Positions 17,716 to 26,672 of a stretch of DNA of 64,000 nucleotides are shown piece after piece (the stretch's first letter is position 1; every line of letters starts with the position of its first letter). The position numbers were made by a program, and so were the translations under genes. Under the pieces are notes generated by a model. It was not told where the DNA came from. It ran no database searches and saw only the letters and a list, made by a program, of their open reading frames with translations. The stretch is from an uncultured virus (IMG/VR IMGVR_UViG_3300047546_001190). Taxonomy: Duplodnaviria; Heunggongvirae; Uroviricota; Caudoviricetes. The DNA lies in the IMG/VR virus record IMGVR_UViG_3300047546_001190. One strand, written 5' to 3'.

Positions 17716-18795
17716 ATGACTGCTACACTTTCACAACAAAAACAACTTAATACTTGGGACAATTTCTGCGAGTGGGTTACTTCAACTAACAATCGTCTGT
17801 ATGTTGGTTGGTTTGGAACTCTCATGATTCCTACCCTGCTTGCTGCTACCATCTGTTTCATCGTTGCTTTCATCGCTGCTCCACCCGTGGACATCGATGG
17901 CATCCGTGAACCAGTTGCTGGTTCCCTCATGTATGGAAACAACATCATTTCTGGTGCTGTTATCCCTTCGTCCAACGCAATTGGACTGCACTTCTATCCT
18001 ATCTGGGAAGCTGCCTCTCTCGATGAGTGGCTATATAACGGAGGACCTTTCCAACTGGTCGTCTTCCACTTTCTGATTGGTATCTATGCTTACATGGGTC
18101 GTGAATGGGAACTTTCTTACCGTCTTGGTATGCGTCCTTGGATCTGTGTTGCTTATTCCGCTCCTGTTGCTGCTGCTTCTGCGGTGTTCCTTGTTTATCC
18201 TTTCGGTCAAGGTTCCTTCTCTGATGCTATGCCTCTCGGAATCTCGGGCACGTTTAACTACATGCTCGTCTTCCAAGCAGAACACAATATCCTTATGCAT
18301 CCGTTCCACATGCTTGGGGTTGCTGGGGTATTTGGTGGCTCTCTGTTTAGTGCTATGCACGGAAGTCTGGTTACGTCTTCACTCGTTCGTGAAACTACTG
18401 AAAACGAATCACAAAACTATGGATACAAGTTCGGACAAGAAGAAGAGACCTACAACATCGTTGCCGCACACGGATACTTCGGACGACTCATCTTCCAATA
18501 CGCTTCCTTTAACAACAGTCGTAGCCTACACTTCTTTTTGGCTGCTTGGCCTGTCGTTGGTATTTGGTTTACTGCTCTTGGAGTTAGCACCATGGCATTC
18601 AACCTGAACGGTTTCAACTTCAACCAGTCTATTGTTGATTCACAAGGTAAAGTGATCAACACCTGGGCAGATGTTCTGAACCGTGCTGGACTTGGAATGG
18701 AGGTAATGCATGAGCGTAACGCTCACAACTTCCCTCTTGACCTTGCTGCTGCTGAGTCAACTCCTGTTGCTCTCACTGCTCCTGCAATCGGTTGA
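17716..18795 (+). CDS. psbA: photosystem II D1 protein
   Basis: [36 protein letters not shown]; true start ATG 17716; no intron. Confidence 0.99.
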   Translation: MTATLSQQKQLNTWDNFCEWVTSTNNRLYVGWFGTLMIPTLLAATICFIVAFIAAPPVDIDGIREPVAGSLMYGNNIISGAVIPSSNAIGLHFYPIWEAASLDEWLYNGGPFQLVVFHFLIGIYAYMGREWELSYRLGMRPWICVAYSAPVAAASAVFLVYPFGQGSFSDAMPLGISGTFNYMLVFQAEHNILMHPFHMLGVAGVFGGSLFSAMHGSLVTSSLVRETTENESQNYGYKFGQEEETYNIVAAHGYFGRLIFQYASFNNSRSLHFFLAAWPVVGIWFTALGVSTMAFNLNGFNFNQSIVDSQGKVINTWADVLNRAGLGMEVMHERNAHNFPLDLAAAESTPVALTAPAIG

Positions 18796-18814
18796 TCTAA
18801 CTACCACTTTTCAA

Positions 18815-18840
18815 CGGGGTCTTCGGACCCCTTTTCTTTT
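18815..18840 (+). terminator. intrinsic terminator between psbA and psbD
   Basis: GGGGTC-TTCG-GACCCC followed by a T-run. Confidence 0.85.
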
Positions 18841-18854
18841 CTATGGAGGAATAA

Positions 18855-19916
18855 ATGGTTTCATCTACAATTTCTCAACCTATTCAACAAAGGGGGTGGT
18901 TCGATGTTCTCGATGACTGGCTTAAGCGTGATCGGTTTGTGTTTGTCGGTTGGTCTGGCTTACTACTATTCCCGACTGCTTATCTCGCTCTTGGCGGGTG
19001 GCTTACAGGAACCACCTTCGCAACTTCGTGGTACACCCATGGAATTGCGAGTTCATATCTGGAGGGGTGTAACTTTCTTACTGCTGCTGTATCTACTCCT
19101 GCTGATGCTCTCGGACATAGCCTTCTACTCCTTTGGGGTCCTGAAGCTCAGGGAGATTTCGTCCGTTGGATCCAACTTGGGGGACTCTGGACTTTCGTGG
19201 CACTACACGGAGCCTTCAGTCTTATAGGATTCATGCTTAGGCAGTTTGAGATTGCACGTCTTGTAGGTATCCGTCCTTATAATGCAATTGCATTCTCTGG
19301 TCCGATTGCCGTATTTGTTTCTGTGTTCCTGATGTATCCTCTGGGACAATCCAGTTGGTTCTTCGCACCTTCTTTTGGTGTTGCTGCTATCTTCAGGTTC
19401 CTTCTGTTCCTTCAGGGTTTCCACAACTGGACCCTGAACCCGTTCCATATGATGGGAGTTGCTGGTATACTGGGTGGAGCACTTCTCTGTGCTATTCATG
19501 GAGCAACAGTTGAAAATACACTATTTGAAGATGGTGATCAAGCAAACACTTTCAAAGCATTTGAACCTACTCAAGAGGAAGAAACTTATTCGATGGTTAC
19601 TGCAAACCGTTTCTGGTCGCAGATTTTTGGAATTGCTTTTTCCAATAAGCGTTGGTTACATTTTTTCATGCTTTTTGTTCCCGTTATGGGTCTCTGGACT
19701 AGTTCTATTGGGATTATTGGTCTCGCTCTTAACCTTCGTGCCTACGATTTTGTAAGTCAGGAGATTAGAGCGGCAGAGGATCCTGAGTTTGAGACGTTCT
19801 ACACGAAGAATATCCTTCTTAATGAAGGTCTCCGTGCTTGGATGGCACCAACAGATCAACCTCACGAGAACTTTGTGTTCCCTGAGGAAGTATTGCCGAG
19901 AGGTAATGCTCTGTGA
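18855..19916 (+). CDS. psbD: photosystem II D2 protein
   Basis: [16 protein letters not shown] ... [18 protein letters not shown]. Confidence 0.99.
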   Translation: MVSSTISQPIQQRGWFDVLDDWLKRDRFVFVGWSGLLLFPTAYLALGGWLTGTTFATSWYTHGIASSYLEGCNFLTAAVSTPADALGHSLLLLWGPEAQGDFVRWIQLGGLWTFVALHGAFSLIGFMLRQFEIARLVGIRPYNAIAFSGPIAVFVSVFLMYPLGQSSWFFAPSFGVAAIFRFLLFLQGFHNWTLNPFHMMGVAGILGGALLCAIHGATVENTLFEDGDQANTFKAFEPTQEEETYSMVTANRFWSQIFGIAFSNKRWLHFFMLFVPVMGLWTSSIGIIGLALNLRAYDFVSQEIRAAEDPEFETFYTKNILLNEGLRAWMAPTDQPHENFVFPEEVLPRGNAL

Positions 19917-19923
19917 TATACTC

Positions 19924-19945
19924 GGAGGGGAAACCCTCCTTTTTT
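19924..19945 (+). terminator. intrinsic terminator after psbD
   Basis: GGAGGG-GAAA-CCCTCC-TTTTTT. Confidence 0.85.
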
Positions 19946-20045
19946 AATGATCAGTTCCGATACACCATATAAACTTGCTGAGATTATCCGAGATACTTGG
20001 CCTCAGTTATACTCACTAAATAATTTTCAAAACTTAACAAATAAT

Positions 20046-20282
20046 ATGAAGTTTACAGTTTATTCAAAAGACGGTTGCCCATATTGCACAAAAGTGCAGC
20101 AGGTGCTACAATTAGCAGACCTGCAACATGTAGTGTACAAACTGAATACTGATTTTACTAAAGAAGAATTCTATGCAGAATTTGGAGAGGGTTCTACATT
20201 CCCTCAAGTAATTGTGAATGATCAACACATCGGTGGTTGTACCGATACTGTTCAGTACCTTAAGGAGCAAAACTTAGTTTAA
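20046..20282 (+). CDS. glutaredoxin
   Basis: YSKDGCPYC, TFPQV, HIGGC; domain starts at ATG 20046, ORF open from ATG 19947. Confidence 0.92.
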   Translation: MKFTVYSKDGCPYCTKVQQVLQLADLQHVVYKLNTDFTKEEFYAEFGEGSTFPQVIVNDQHIGGCTDTVQYLKEQNLV

Positions 20283-20641
20283 TGGAAACTAATTTTCACG
20301 AAGTTTATAACGATGTTGAAAAAGCAATTGACTATGCATTTCAGGGAAAATTTGTCCTGAAATTTTATGATTACCTTAAAGTAAAAGGTGTTCGGAAGTT
20401 TGAAGTTGAAGAGTTTATTGAAAGTTCTACTGCTTCAAACATTAGTAATGTAGTGATGGATCTCGACGATTATCTTGAAGGAGGTGCTGATGAGATTCAT
20501 AAACAACTTCGTGAAGCTTATGGTCACATCCCTAAACCAGAAGCACGAAAAATAAGAAACTATTTGTATGGCATCCTAGAAGATGCTTGGAAGTATAACC
20601 ATGACAAAAGGAAAGGGAGACGCAAAAAGGAAACTAAATAA
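20282..20641 (+). CDS. hypothetical phage protein
   Basis: 119-aa ORF coupled to glutaredoxin (TAATG). Confidence 0.75.
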   Translation: METNFHEVYNDVEKAIDYAFQGKFVLKFYDYLKVKGVRKFEVEEFIESSTASNISNVVMDLDDYLEGGADEIHKQLREAYGHIPKPEARKIRNYLYGILEDAWKYNHDKRKGRRKKETK

Positions 20642-20807
20642 CTCTGAACCCGAAATCAATCGGGGTGTGGAATTATTGTTAAGAAAACGGAGGAGGAAAT
20701 CTGAAGAACCAAAGACATTCCAAATGAGATTTGGTAAGATGATTTCTCTCTTTCGACGGGAGATACACATACTATTCGAATTTCATTTGGACGTTCGGAA
20801 AAAGTAA
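20601..20807 (+). CDS. hypothetical basic protein
   Basis: ORF with INRGVELLLR; start uncertain. Confidence 0.55.
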   Translation: MTKGKGDAKRKLNNSEPEINRGVELLLRKRRRKSEEPKTFQMRFGKMISLFRREIHILFEFHLDVRKK

Positions 20808-20825
20808 CTCTCGGAGAAAGAAAAA

Positions 20826-21050
20826 ATGTTAGCAGTAACACTCACCATCGGCACTCTTGTTTCAGTGATGTTCTTTTTTGTTGGTGGAGTAATAGGATGG
20901 ATGGCCAAGCAACATTTCTATGAGAGCTCATATCCCTCTTATACACACCCAGAAATGTTTGATCAAAATGGAAACATAATTCCAGACGAAATTTTAGCAG
21001 TGAGATTTGAAAATGACTACGAATACGACGACGAAGAAGAGGACGACTAG
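20826..21050 (+). CDS. hypothetical membrane protein
   Basis: N-terminal TM helix, HPEMFDQNG, acidic tail; GGAG RBS. Confidence 0.75.
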   Translation: MLAVTLTIGTLVSVMFFFVGGVIGWMAKQHFYESSYPSYTHPEMFDQNGNIIPDEILAVRFENDYEYDDEEEDD

Positions 21051-21543
21051 TAGAGCAAAGAAACCTACAGCAGCCTCTACACAACCAAAAGAGATTAAAA
21101 AACTTCCTCCTAATCCTTTTATGAATGAGATCTTAGATCTTGTTCATGAGCAAGAGACAGAAGAAGATAAGATTAAAGTTCTTAAGCAATACGAAACTGA
21201 TGCTCTCAAATCACTTTTGATTTGGAACTATGACGACACTGTAGTTTCTCTTCTTCCTGAAGGTGAAGTTCCTTATCGTCCTAATGAAAATCCACTGGGA
21301 ACAGATCACTCATCTTTGCGCAGAGACTATAAGAATCTTTATAACTTTGTGAAAGGTGGTAATGATTCTCTTTCCAAGGTTCGTAGAGAAACAATCTTTA
21401 TTCAGATTCTTGAATCTCTCCATCCCCTTGAGGCAGACATTCTTGTTCTGGTGAAGGATAAGAACTTGGAGAATAAATACGATATCAACTTTGATATTGT
21501 ACAAAAAGCTTATCCTGATATTCAGTGGGGCAATCGTTCGTGA
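21013..21543 (+). CDS. conserved T4-like phage hypothetical protein
   Basis: LPEGEVPY, RRETIFIQILESLHP motifs; core-region position. Confidence 0.75.
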   Translation: MTTNTTTKKRTTSRAKKPTAASTQPKEIKKLPPNPFMNEILDLVHEQETEEDKIKVLKQYETDALKSLLIWNYDDTVVSLLPEGEVPYRPNENPLGTDHSSLRRDYKNLYNFVKGGNDSLSKVRRETIFIQILESLHPLEADILVLVKDKNLENKYDINFDIVQKAYPDIQWGNRS

Positions 21544-21563
21544 GTGTAGTTGCGGAGAGAAAA

Positions 21564-21872
21564 ATGGCAGAATCTAAAAAAGAAAAAACAAGATATCTGC
21601 CTCACGAATATGGATGTGAGATTCTCTTTGAAAGAACAACGATGGTTCAAGCAAAAGATTCATCACTTCCAAATGATGCATATCTTATTTGGTATAATGT
21701 CGATGGTGAAACTTTCTTGGATGTAACTCGTTGCAGGAAGAGAGTTGATCTATTTGATTTCTATTATGATAAGTATGGTCCAGGAGCAGTCCGTAAGATT
21801 GATTTTGGATATGGAAGAGTTAACCCAAAATTGTGGGGATATAAAGCACCAGAGAAAAAGAAAAAGAGATGA
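21564..21872 (+). CDS. hypothetical phage protein
   Basis: ORF with LPNDAYL, FDFYYDKYG, GYGRVNPKLWG. Confidence 0.7.
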   Translation: MAESKKEKTRYLPHEYGCEILFERTTMVQAKDSSLPNDAYLIWYNVDGETFLDVTRCRKRVDLFDFYYDKYGPGAVRKIDFGYGRVNPKLWGYKAPEKKKKR

Positions 21873-22051
21873 GTGAAGGATTTAGTGAAGAAAAGATTGA
21901 AGTAGCAATCAATAAAGATGAAGTAAAAAACCTTCTTAAGAAATATAAGAAGGTTAAAAAATATATGCGGTCTCCAGTATTCACTGTCAAGACTTTAGAT
22001 GGAACTGAAAAGATTGTCAGTGAACTACTGAAGGATGCAGAAAATGGGTAA
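21869..22051 (+). CDS. hypothetical protein
   Basis: 60-aa ORF coupled (ATGA) to the previous gene. Confidence 0.6.
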   Translation: MSEGFSEEKIEVAINKDEVKNLLKKYKKVKKYMRSPVFTVKTLDGTEKIVSELLKDAENG

Positions 22052-22370
22052 GCATTATCTTTTAAATCTTTACGGATGTTCTTTCGTTCTTTTGGACGAT
22101 GAAAAATGTCTTATTGACTTATTAGAAAATGCTGCTGCTGCCAGTGGTGCCACTGTGGTTCAGACTATCTCTAAGAAGTTTGAACCACAGGGTGTTACTG
22201 TGATTTGCTTATTATCTGAGAGTCATATTAGTATTCATACTTGGCCTGAAGAAGGTAAAGCAGCAGTTGATGTTTATACCTGTGGAGATTGTAATCCTAA
22301 GATTGGATGTGACATTATTATCGAACAACTATATGCTCAGAATCATACCTTAAGTTATATTGAGCGTTAA
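22044..22370 (+). CDS. speD: S-adenosylmethionine decarboxylase proenzyme
   Basis: GKHY, FEPQGVT, LSESHISIHTWPE (pyruvoyl cleavage site), DVYTCG. Confidence 0.95.
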   Translation: MGKHYLLNLYGCSFVLLDDEKCLIDLLENAAAASGATVVQTISKKFEPQGVTVICLLSESHISIHTWPEEGKAAVDVYTCGDCNPKIGCDIIIEQLYAQNHTLSYIER

Positions 22371-22397
22371 CTAAATACACTATATCTGGAGAAGTAT

Positions 22398-22715
22398 ATG
22401 CTCTCTACTCAATATCGTTTACGTCTTGAAGCAATCTGCGAGAGAATTGTTAAAGGTGAATCCGTAGAGTTAAGTGAAATGATCTGGGCAGAAAAACTAT
22501 CAAAGTCAAATAGATCTGCTGCAACTATTTTAAGACAAGCAAGAAGACGTGCTGCGAATCCTGAAATGACTGAAGATAGTCTTGATGGATTTATGAATGC
22601 TTTGGATCTGGGAGATCCTGATCCTTCAAATCATCGCACTGGGTTTAATGGTGCTGATGATATTATTGATTTCTTCACTGGGGATAAACCAGACGATTGG
22701 CGTCAAAGAGATTAA
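22398..22715 (+). CDS. hypothetical phage protein
   Basis: 105-aa ORF, GGAG RBS, CTAAATA late-like box upstream. Confidence 0.75.
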   Translation: MLSTQYRLRLEAICERIVKGESVELSEMIWAEKLSKSNRSAATILRQARRRAANPEMTEDSLDGFMNALDLGDPDPSNHRTGFNGADDIIDFFTGDKPDDWRQRD

Positions 22716-22718
22716 AAC

Positions 22719-22734
22719 TGTAGCAAAAAATACA
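22719..22734 (+). promoter_or_regulatory. NtcA binding site
   Basis: TGTA-GCAAAAAA-TACA, an exact GTA-N8-TAC with matching flanks, ~30 nt upstream of the riboswitch. Confidence 0.7.
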
Positions 22735-22755
22735 AAAAATAACTTCTATATAAAG

Positions 22756-22800
22756 CACGTTCATCCTAAGGGACGGAAGTAGGGAAACCGAAGGAACGCA
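22756..22800 (+). ncRNA. glutamine riboswitch (glnA motif, glutamine-I type)
   Basis: P1 CGUUC(22758)/GAACG(22794), short P2, GGAAGUA-GG-GAAA-CC-GAAG E-loop arm; lies directly 5' of a DUF4278-like gene. Confidence 0.8.
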
Positions 22801-22827
22801 CTTTACACATAGTAAAGGAGCAACCTA

Positions 22828-22965
22828 ATGTCTAAAGTAGTATATCGTGGTGTAGAATACGATACTCAAAAACGTCTTGAGTATCAGCAGCAGATGATGC
22901 AGCAACCCCAACAATACAACGAAACCTATCGTGGTGTTAAGTTTGTAAAGGAGGGGCATAAATGA
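22828..22965 (+). CDS. DUF4278-like protein (YRGV repeats), 45 aa; not in ORF track
   Basis: MSKVVYRGVEYDTQKRLEYQQQMMQQPQQYNETYRGVKFVKEGHK*; AAGGAG RBS. Confidence 0.82.
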   Translation: MSKVVYRGVEYDTQKRLEYQQQMMQQPQQYNETYRGVKFVKEGHK

Positions 22966-23060
22966 AGAAACTTAATGTACTTCAACTCATTAAAGAACAG
23001 AAGCAAAAAGAAGATCGTCGTCATAAGGCATCTCTTGCGTCTCTGATAGCAGCAAAATAG
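22962..23060 (+). CDS. 32-aa basic helical micro-protein; not in ORF track
   Basis: MKKLNVLQLIKEQKQKEDRRHKASLASLIAAK*; ATGA coupling and GGAGG RBS. Confidence 0.65.
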   Translation: MKKLNVLQLIKEQKQKEDRRHKASLASLIAAK

Positions 23061-23063
23061 TTT

Positions 23064-23102
23064 AGAGGAGTGCTTGACACTCCTCTTTTTTTTACTTATA
23101 AT
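23064..23102 (+). terminator. terminator hairpin with embedded -35 box plus downstream -10 box
   Basis: AGAGGAGTG-CTTGA-CACTCCTCT-TTTTTTT; TTGACA(23074)-N17-TATAAT(23097). Confidence 0.8.
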
Positions 23103-23123
23103 TACCTTGTGGAGGTTCATGAG

Positions 23124-23294
23124 ATGGACAAAGAAAAACTAAAACTAATCATTAGGAATCTGGAATCTCTTATTGATTGCCTTAAGTCAGAAGTTTATTC
23201 TGATGTTGATTCCTACTTAAACTATGAGGATGTTGCTCCTCACCTTACCGACTACGATGAAATCTTTGAGGACGATGATGGATACCCAGATTGA
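23124..23294 (+). CDS. hypothetical acidic protein
   Basis: GGAGG RBS before ATG 23124; LKSEVYSD motif. Confidence 0.7.
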   Translation: MDKEKLKLIIRNLESLIDCLKSEVYSDVDSYLNYEDVAPHLTDYDEIFEDDDGYPD

Positions 23295-23307
23295 AGAATT
23301 TGAGTTT

Positions 23308-23997
23308 ATGAAACCAGAAGTAAAACTAATCAGTGTTACTCCTGACGCAGAAAAGCACATGGCATATTGTGCTCGCGTAAGTAACCCTGCCAATCAGGAG
23401 AATGAAAAGTTCTCTGGACTACTCAAGTATTGTATTCAGCATCAGCACTGGAGCATCTTTGAGCAAGCATCGATGACTGTAGAGATCAATACAACTCGTG
23501 GAATCGCAGCTCAAATTCTCCGGCACCGTTCGTTCACATATCAAGAATTTTCGCAACGATATGCTGACATGAACCTTCTGAATAACACTATTCCTCTTCC
23601 CGAACTTCGTCGTCAGGATACAAAGAATCGTCAGAATAGTATTGATGACATTCCTGATTATCTGCGACTGACTCTGACTGAAGACATCCGTGTTCATTTT
23701 GAGAGTGCTCTGCGACTCTACAACCGTCTTCTAGATAAGGGTGTGGCAAAGGAGTGTGCAAGGTTTGTACTGCCCCTAGCAACCCCCACAAGACTCTATA
23801 TGACCGGTTCTGTAAGGTCGTGGATCCATTATATTGATCTGCGTTCTGCTCACGGCACACAGAAGGAGCATATGGAGATTGCAGAACTCGTTCGTTGTAT
23901 CTTTACTTGTCAGTTCCCTGCTGTATCTGAAGCACTTGGTTGGACTCGTGAGGGATGCTCTGAATGTGTTGATGCCCCATCTATTACTATCGAATAA
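23308..23997 (+). CDS. thyX: flavin-dependent thymidylate synthase
   Basis: HWSIFE, QILRHRSFTYQEFSQRY, ECARFVLP; start may be ATG 23275/23278. Confidence 0.95.
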   Translation: MKPEVKLISVTPDAEKHMAYCARVSNPANQENEKFSGLLKYCIQHQHWSIFEQASMTVEINTTRGIAAQILRHRSFTYQEFSQRYADMNLLNNTIPLPELRRQDTKNRQNSIDDIPDYLRLTLTEDIRVHFESALRLYNRLLDKGVAKECARFVLPLATPTRLYMTGSVRSWIHYIDLRSAHGTQKEHMEIAELVRCIFTCQFPAVSEALGWTREGCSECVDAPSITIE

Positions 23998-24022
23998 ATA
24001 TCCCTATACATTATTCTTAACC

Positions 24023-24271
24023 ATGCCAGTATATCCAGTTAAAAATTTAAAGACAGGTGAGACTCAAGAACTTGTCATGACAGTTGCTGACTATGAGCAG
24101 TGGAGAAAAGACAATCCTGATTGGGATAAAGATTGGTCTCAGGGATGTGCAGGAGTTGGTGAGGTAGGTGAGTGGCAAGAAAAACTTGTCAAGAAAAATC
24201 CAGGGTGGAATGAAGTCCTTCGTAAGGCTTCAAAAATGCCTGGTGCAACTGTAAAACCTTTTAAAATTTAA
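24023..24271 (+). CDS. hypothetical phage protein
   Basis: MPVYPV..TGE, GWNEVL; ATAAATA late-like box upstream. Confidence 0.7.
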   Translation: MPVYPVKNLKTGETQELVMTVADYEQWRKDNPDWDKDWSQGCAGVGEVGEWQEKLVKKNPGWNEVLRKASKMPGATVKPFKI

Positions 24272-24274
24272 TAT

Positions 24275-25024
24275 ATGGCACGTAAAAGAGCACCGAATCC
24301 TGTACCATTTGGAATGAGCAACAGACAAATGAAACGCAAGAAGCCAATCAATCTTGATATAATGAAGACGATTGAGCCCTTGACAGATAATCAGGAGGCA
24401 TTATTTAAACAATATAAACTTGAACAAAATGTTGTGGCTTACGGTGCTGCTGGTACTGGTAAGACTTTCATTACACTGTATAATGCTCTGCGTGATGTTC
24501 TTGACGAGAAGACTCCTTATGAAAAGATCTATCTCGTTCGTTCTCTGGTAGCAACACGAGAGATTGGATTCCTGCCTGGAGATCACGAAGATAAGTCAAG
24601 TCTTTATCAGATTCCTTATAAGAACATGGTTAAATACATGTTCGAAATGCCAGATGATTCTGCTTTCGAAATGCTCTATGGGAACCTCAAAACTCAAGGA
24701 ACGATTAGTTTTTGGAGCACTTCTTTTATTCGGGGAACTACTCTGGATAATGCTATCATTATCGTAGACGAATTCCAGAACTTGAACTTCCACGAACTTG
24801 ATTCAATCATCACTCGTGTTGGTGAGAACTCTAAGATCATGTTCTGTGGTGACGCAACTCAATCAGACCTTGTAAAGACTAACGAACGTAATGGTATCGT
24901 TGACTTCATGCGTATTCTGAGAGTCATGCCTTCGATGTCCATGATCGAGTTTGGTGTAGAAGATATCGTTCGTTCTGGTCTGTGTAAAGAATATCTTGTT
25001 GCTAAAATGGAATTGAATCTCTGA
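24275..25024 (+). CDS. phoH: PhoH-family ATPase
   Basis: GAAGTGKT, IGFLPG, IRGTT, VDEFQN, GDATQSD, DIVRSG. Confidence 0.95.
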   Translation: MARKRAPNPVPFGMSNRQMKRKKPINLDIMKTIEPLTDNQEALFKQYKLEQNVVAYGAAGTGKTFITLYNALRDVLDEKTPYEKIYLVRSLVATREIGFLPGDHEDKSSLYQIPYKNMVKYMFEMPDDSAFEMLYGNLKTQGTISFWSTSFIRGTTLDNAIIIVDEFQNLNFHELDSIITRVGENSKIMFCGDATQSDLVKTNERNGIVDFMRILRVMPSMSMIEFGVEDIVRSGLCKEYLVAKMELNL

Positions 25025-25698
25025 TGTTTAATCATGTTGAATTGAATCTTCCTTCTCTTGAGAGGGAAATGATTGATGGAGTTCGTTATTATAAAGTAGG
25101 TGATAGTGATGAACTGCAAAAGTTCGTTTCTATCACCTCTGTCATCAGTCACTTTAATAAAGAAAAGTTTGCTGCTTGGCGTGAGAGAGTTGGAAATGAG
25201 GAAGCAGATAAGATCACTCGTAAGGCAACGAGTCGTGGTACTGATGCTCACACTTTAATTGAGCATCATCTAAAAAACTTAGATCTTCCAACTGTTCAAC
25301 CAATCTCAGAGCACTTGTTTAAAATTGCAAAACCTGCTCTTAATCGTATAAATAACATTTATGCTCTTGAAGGTTCTCTTTATAGTCAATACTTAGGTGT
25401 TGCTGGCACTGTAGATTGTATTGCTGAATTTGATGGGGAACTATCAATCATCGATTTTAAAACTTCCAAACAACCAAAACCACGAGAGTGGATTGACGGA
25501 TACTTTGTTCAGTGCTGTGCATACGCTTGTATGCTTCATGAACTCACTGGATTATCTGTGAAGAAGTTCGTGATTATCATGACTTGTGAGAACGGAGAAG
25601 TAGAAGTCTACGAAGAATACGACAAAACAAAATACATCAGATTGCTCACACAATACATCAAGAAATTTGTGAACGATAAACTCGGACAGGTTTCTTGA
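25024..25698 (+). CDS. PD-(D/E)XK exonuclease
   Basis: SITSVI, RGT..H, AGTVDC, IIDFKTS, Q..AYA. Confidence 0.88.
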   Translation: MFNHVELNLPSLEREMIDGVRYYKVGDSDELQKFVSITSVISHFNKEKFAAWRERVGNEEADKITRKATSRGTDAHTLIEHHLKNLDLPTVQPISEHLFKIAKPALNRINNIYALEGSLYSQYLGVAGTVDCIAEFDGELSIIDFKTSKQPKPREWIDGYFVQCCAYACMLHELTGLSVKKFVIIMTCENGEVEVYEEYDKTKYIRLLTQYIKKFVNDKLGQVS

Positions 25699-25768
25699 CT
25701 TTATACTCTTATGTGTTAGAATGAATAAAAGTTGAGGAAAAAGATTGTACATCACTGTGTTAGGTCAA

Positions 25769-26026
25769 ATGGAGAATGAATTAGAAAAAGTATTAGAGAG
25801 TAAGTTTTTCTGCCCTTCTCGATTTGCCCAAGAGATCGAGAATCTCGTCCAACATAATGAAGATATGAACTACATCGATGCTATCATTCACTTCTGTGAA
25901 AAGAATAGCATCGATGTTGAGTCTGTTCCGAAACTTATTTCTAAACCACTCAAGGAAAAGATTAAGTATGAAGCTATGGAGTTGAACTTCCTGAAGAAAA
26001 CTTCCCGAGCAAGATTGGTGTTTTAA
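25769..26026 (+). CDS. gp33: late-promoter transcription coactivator, T4 gp33-like
   Basis: YIDAI..CE, LISKPLKEKIK.EA..LNFL; position before gp59. Confidence 0.85.
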   Translation: MENELEKVLESKFFCPSRFAQEIENLVQHNEDMNYIDAIIHFCEKNSIDVESVPKLISKPLKEKIKYEAMELNFLKKTSRARLVF

Positions 26027-26084
26027 TTTCATTTTGATGGGAAAAATTTCCCGGCAAAAAAATCCTATATTACTTTTTTGAATG
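26021..26084 (+). repeat. conserved intergenic element, copy 1
   Basis: GGGAAAAATTTCCCGGCAAAA..CCTA..TTACTTTTT..ATG; similar copy at 42731-42796. Confidence 0.7.
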
Positions 26085-26672
26085 GTGCCTTTCGATACTT
26101 ATAAGACTTACCTTGCCCTGAAGAATCACTTTACGAAAGATTCTTACGATTATCACAAGTATCAAGGTAAAAGTCGTGCATCTCTTCAGTCCTTTTATAA
26201 GAGGAAGGATCGTTATTGGTTTGAGAAACTATCACGACAGAAAGAAGATAAAGAAGTGATAGATTTCTTTGTAGCAAACTTTGTAAGTTGTACTGATCCT
26301 CAGACTGTATGGATTGGAGAGATGATTAAAGAGGGAGAATCACGATATAAGTCCTGGCAAAAAAGAATACAATCTCTATCCTATTTGTTTAAGGAAGAGT
26401 CGCAACAACTATTTCAAAATAAATTTGAAGAAGTCTTTGACTGTTCAAAGGGACATCCACCCCTTTTAAAGATGTTCCTGATCGGGAAAATTAGTATAGA
26501 AACACTGGTAATATACGATAAAATATTCCTGTTTGGGAAAAATTTTGATAAGAAACTAAAAGATCCTGTGTGGGAAACCGTCAGTTTAAAAATGAAAAAG
26601 TATTCTCCGTTCCTACATATAGATGTATTCCATTATAAAAAGATACTCAAGCAGATTGTTGGAGGAACATGA
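26082..26672 (+). CDS. gp59: helicase loader, T4 gp59-like
   Basis: YLALKNHF..YDYHKY.GK, KRKDRYWFEKL. Confidence 0.88.
   Translation: MVPFDTYKTYLALKNHFTKDSYDYHKYQGKSRASLQSFYKRKDRYWFEKLSRQKEDKEVIDFFVANFVSCTDPQTVWIGEMIKEGESRYKSWQKRIQSLSYLFKEESQQLFQNKFEEVFDCSKGHPPLLKMFLIGKISIETLVIYDKIFLFGKNFDKKLKDPVWETVSLKMKKYSPFLHIDVFHYKKILKQIVGGT

Noticed and set aside
17716..19916. Group I intron or homing endonuclease in or next to psbA/psbD
   Set aside because: Both ORFs are continuous and of normal length, with only 59 nt between them.
25024..25698. Cas4 indicating a CRISPR system
   Set aside because: PD-(D/E)XK exonuclease in the usual phoH-exonuclease-gp33 context; no array or other cas genes.
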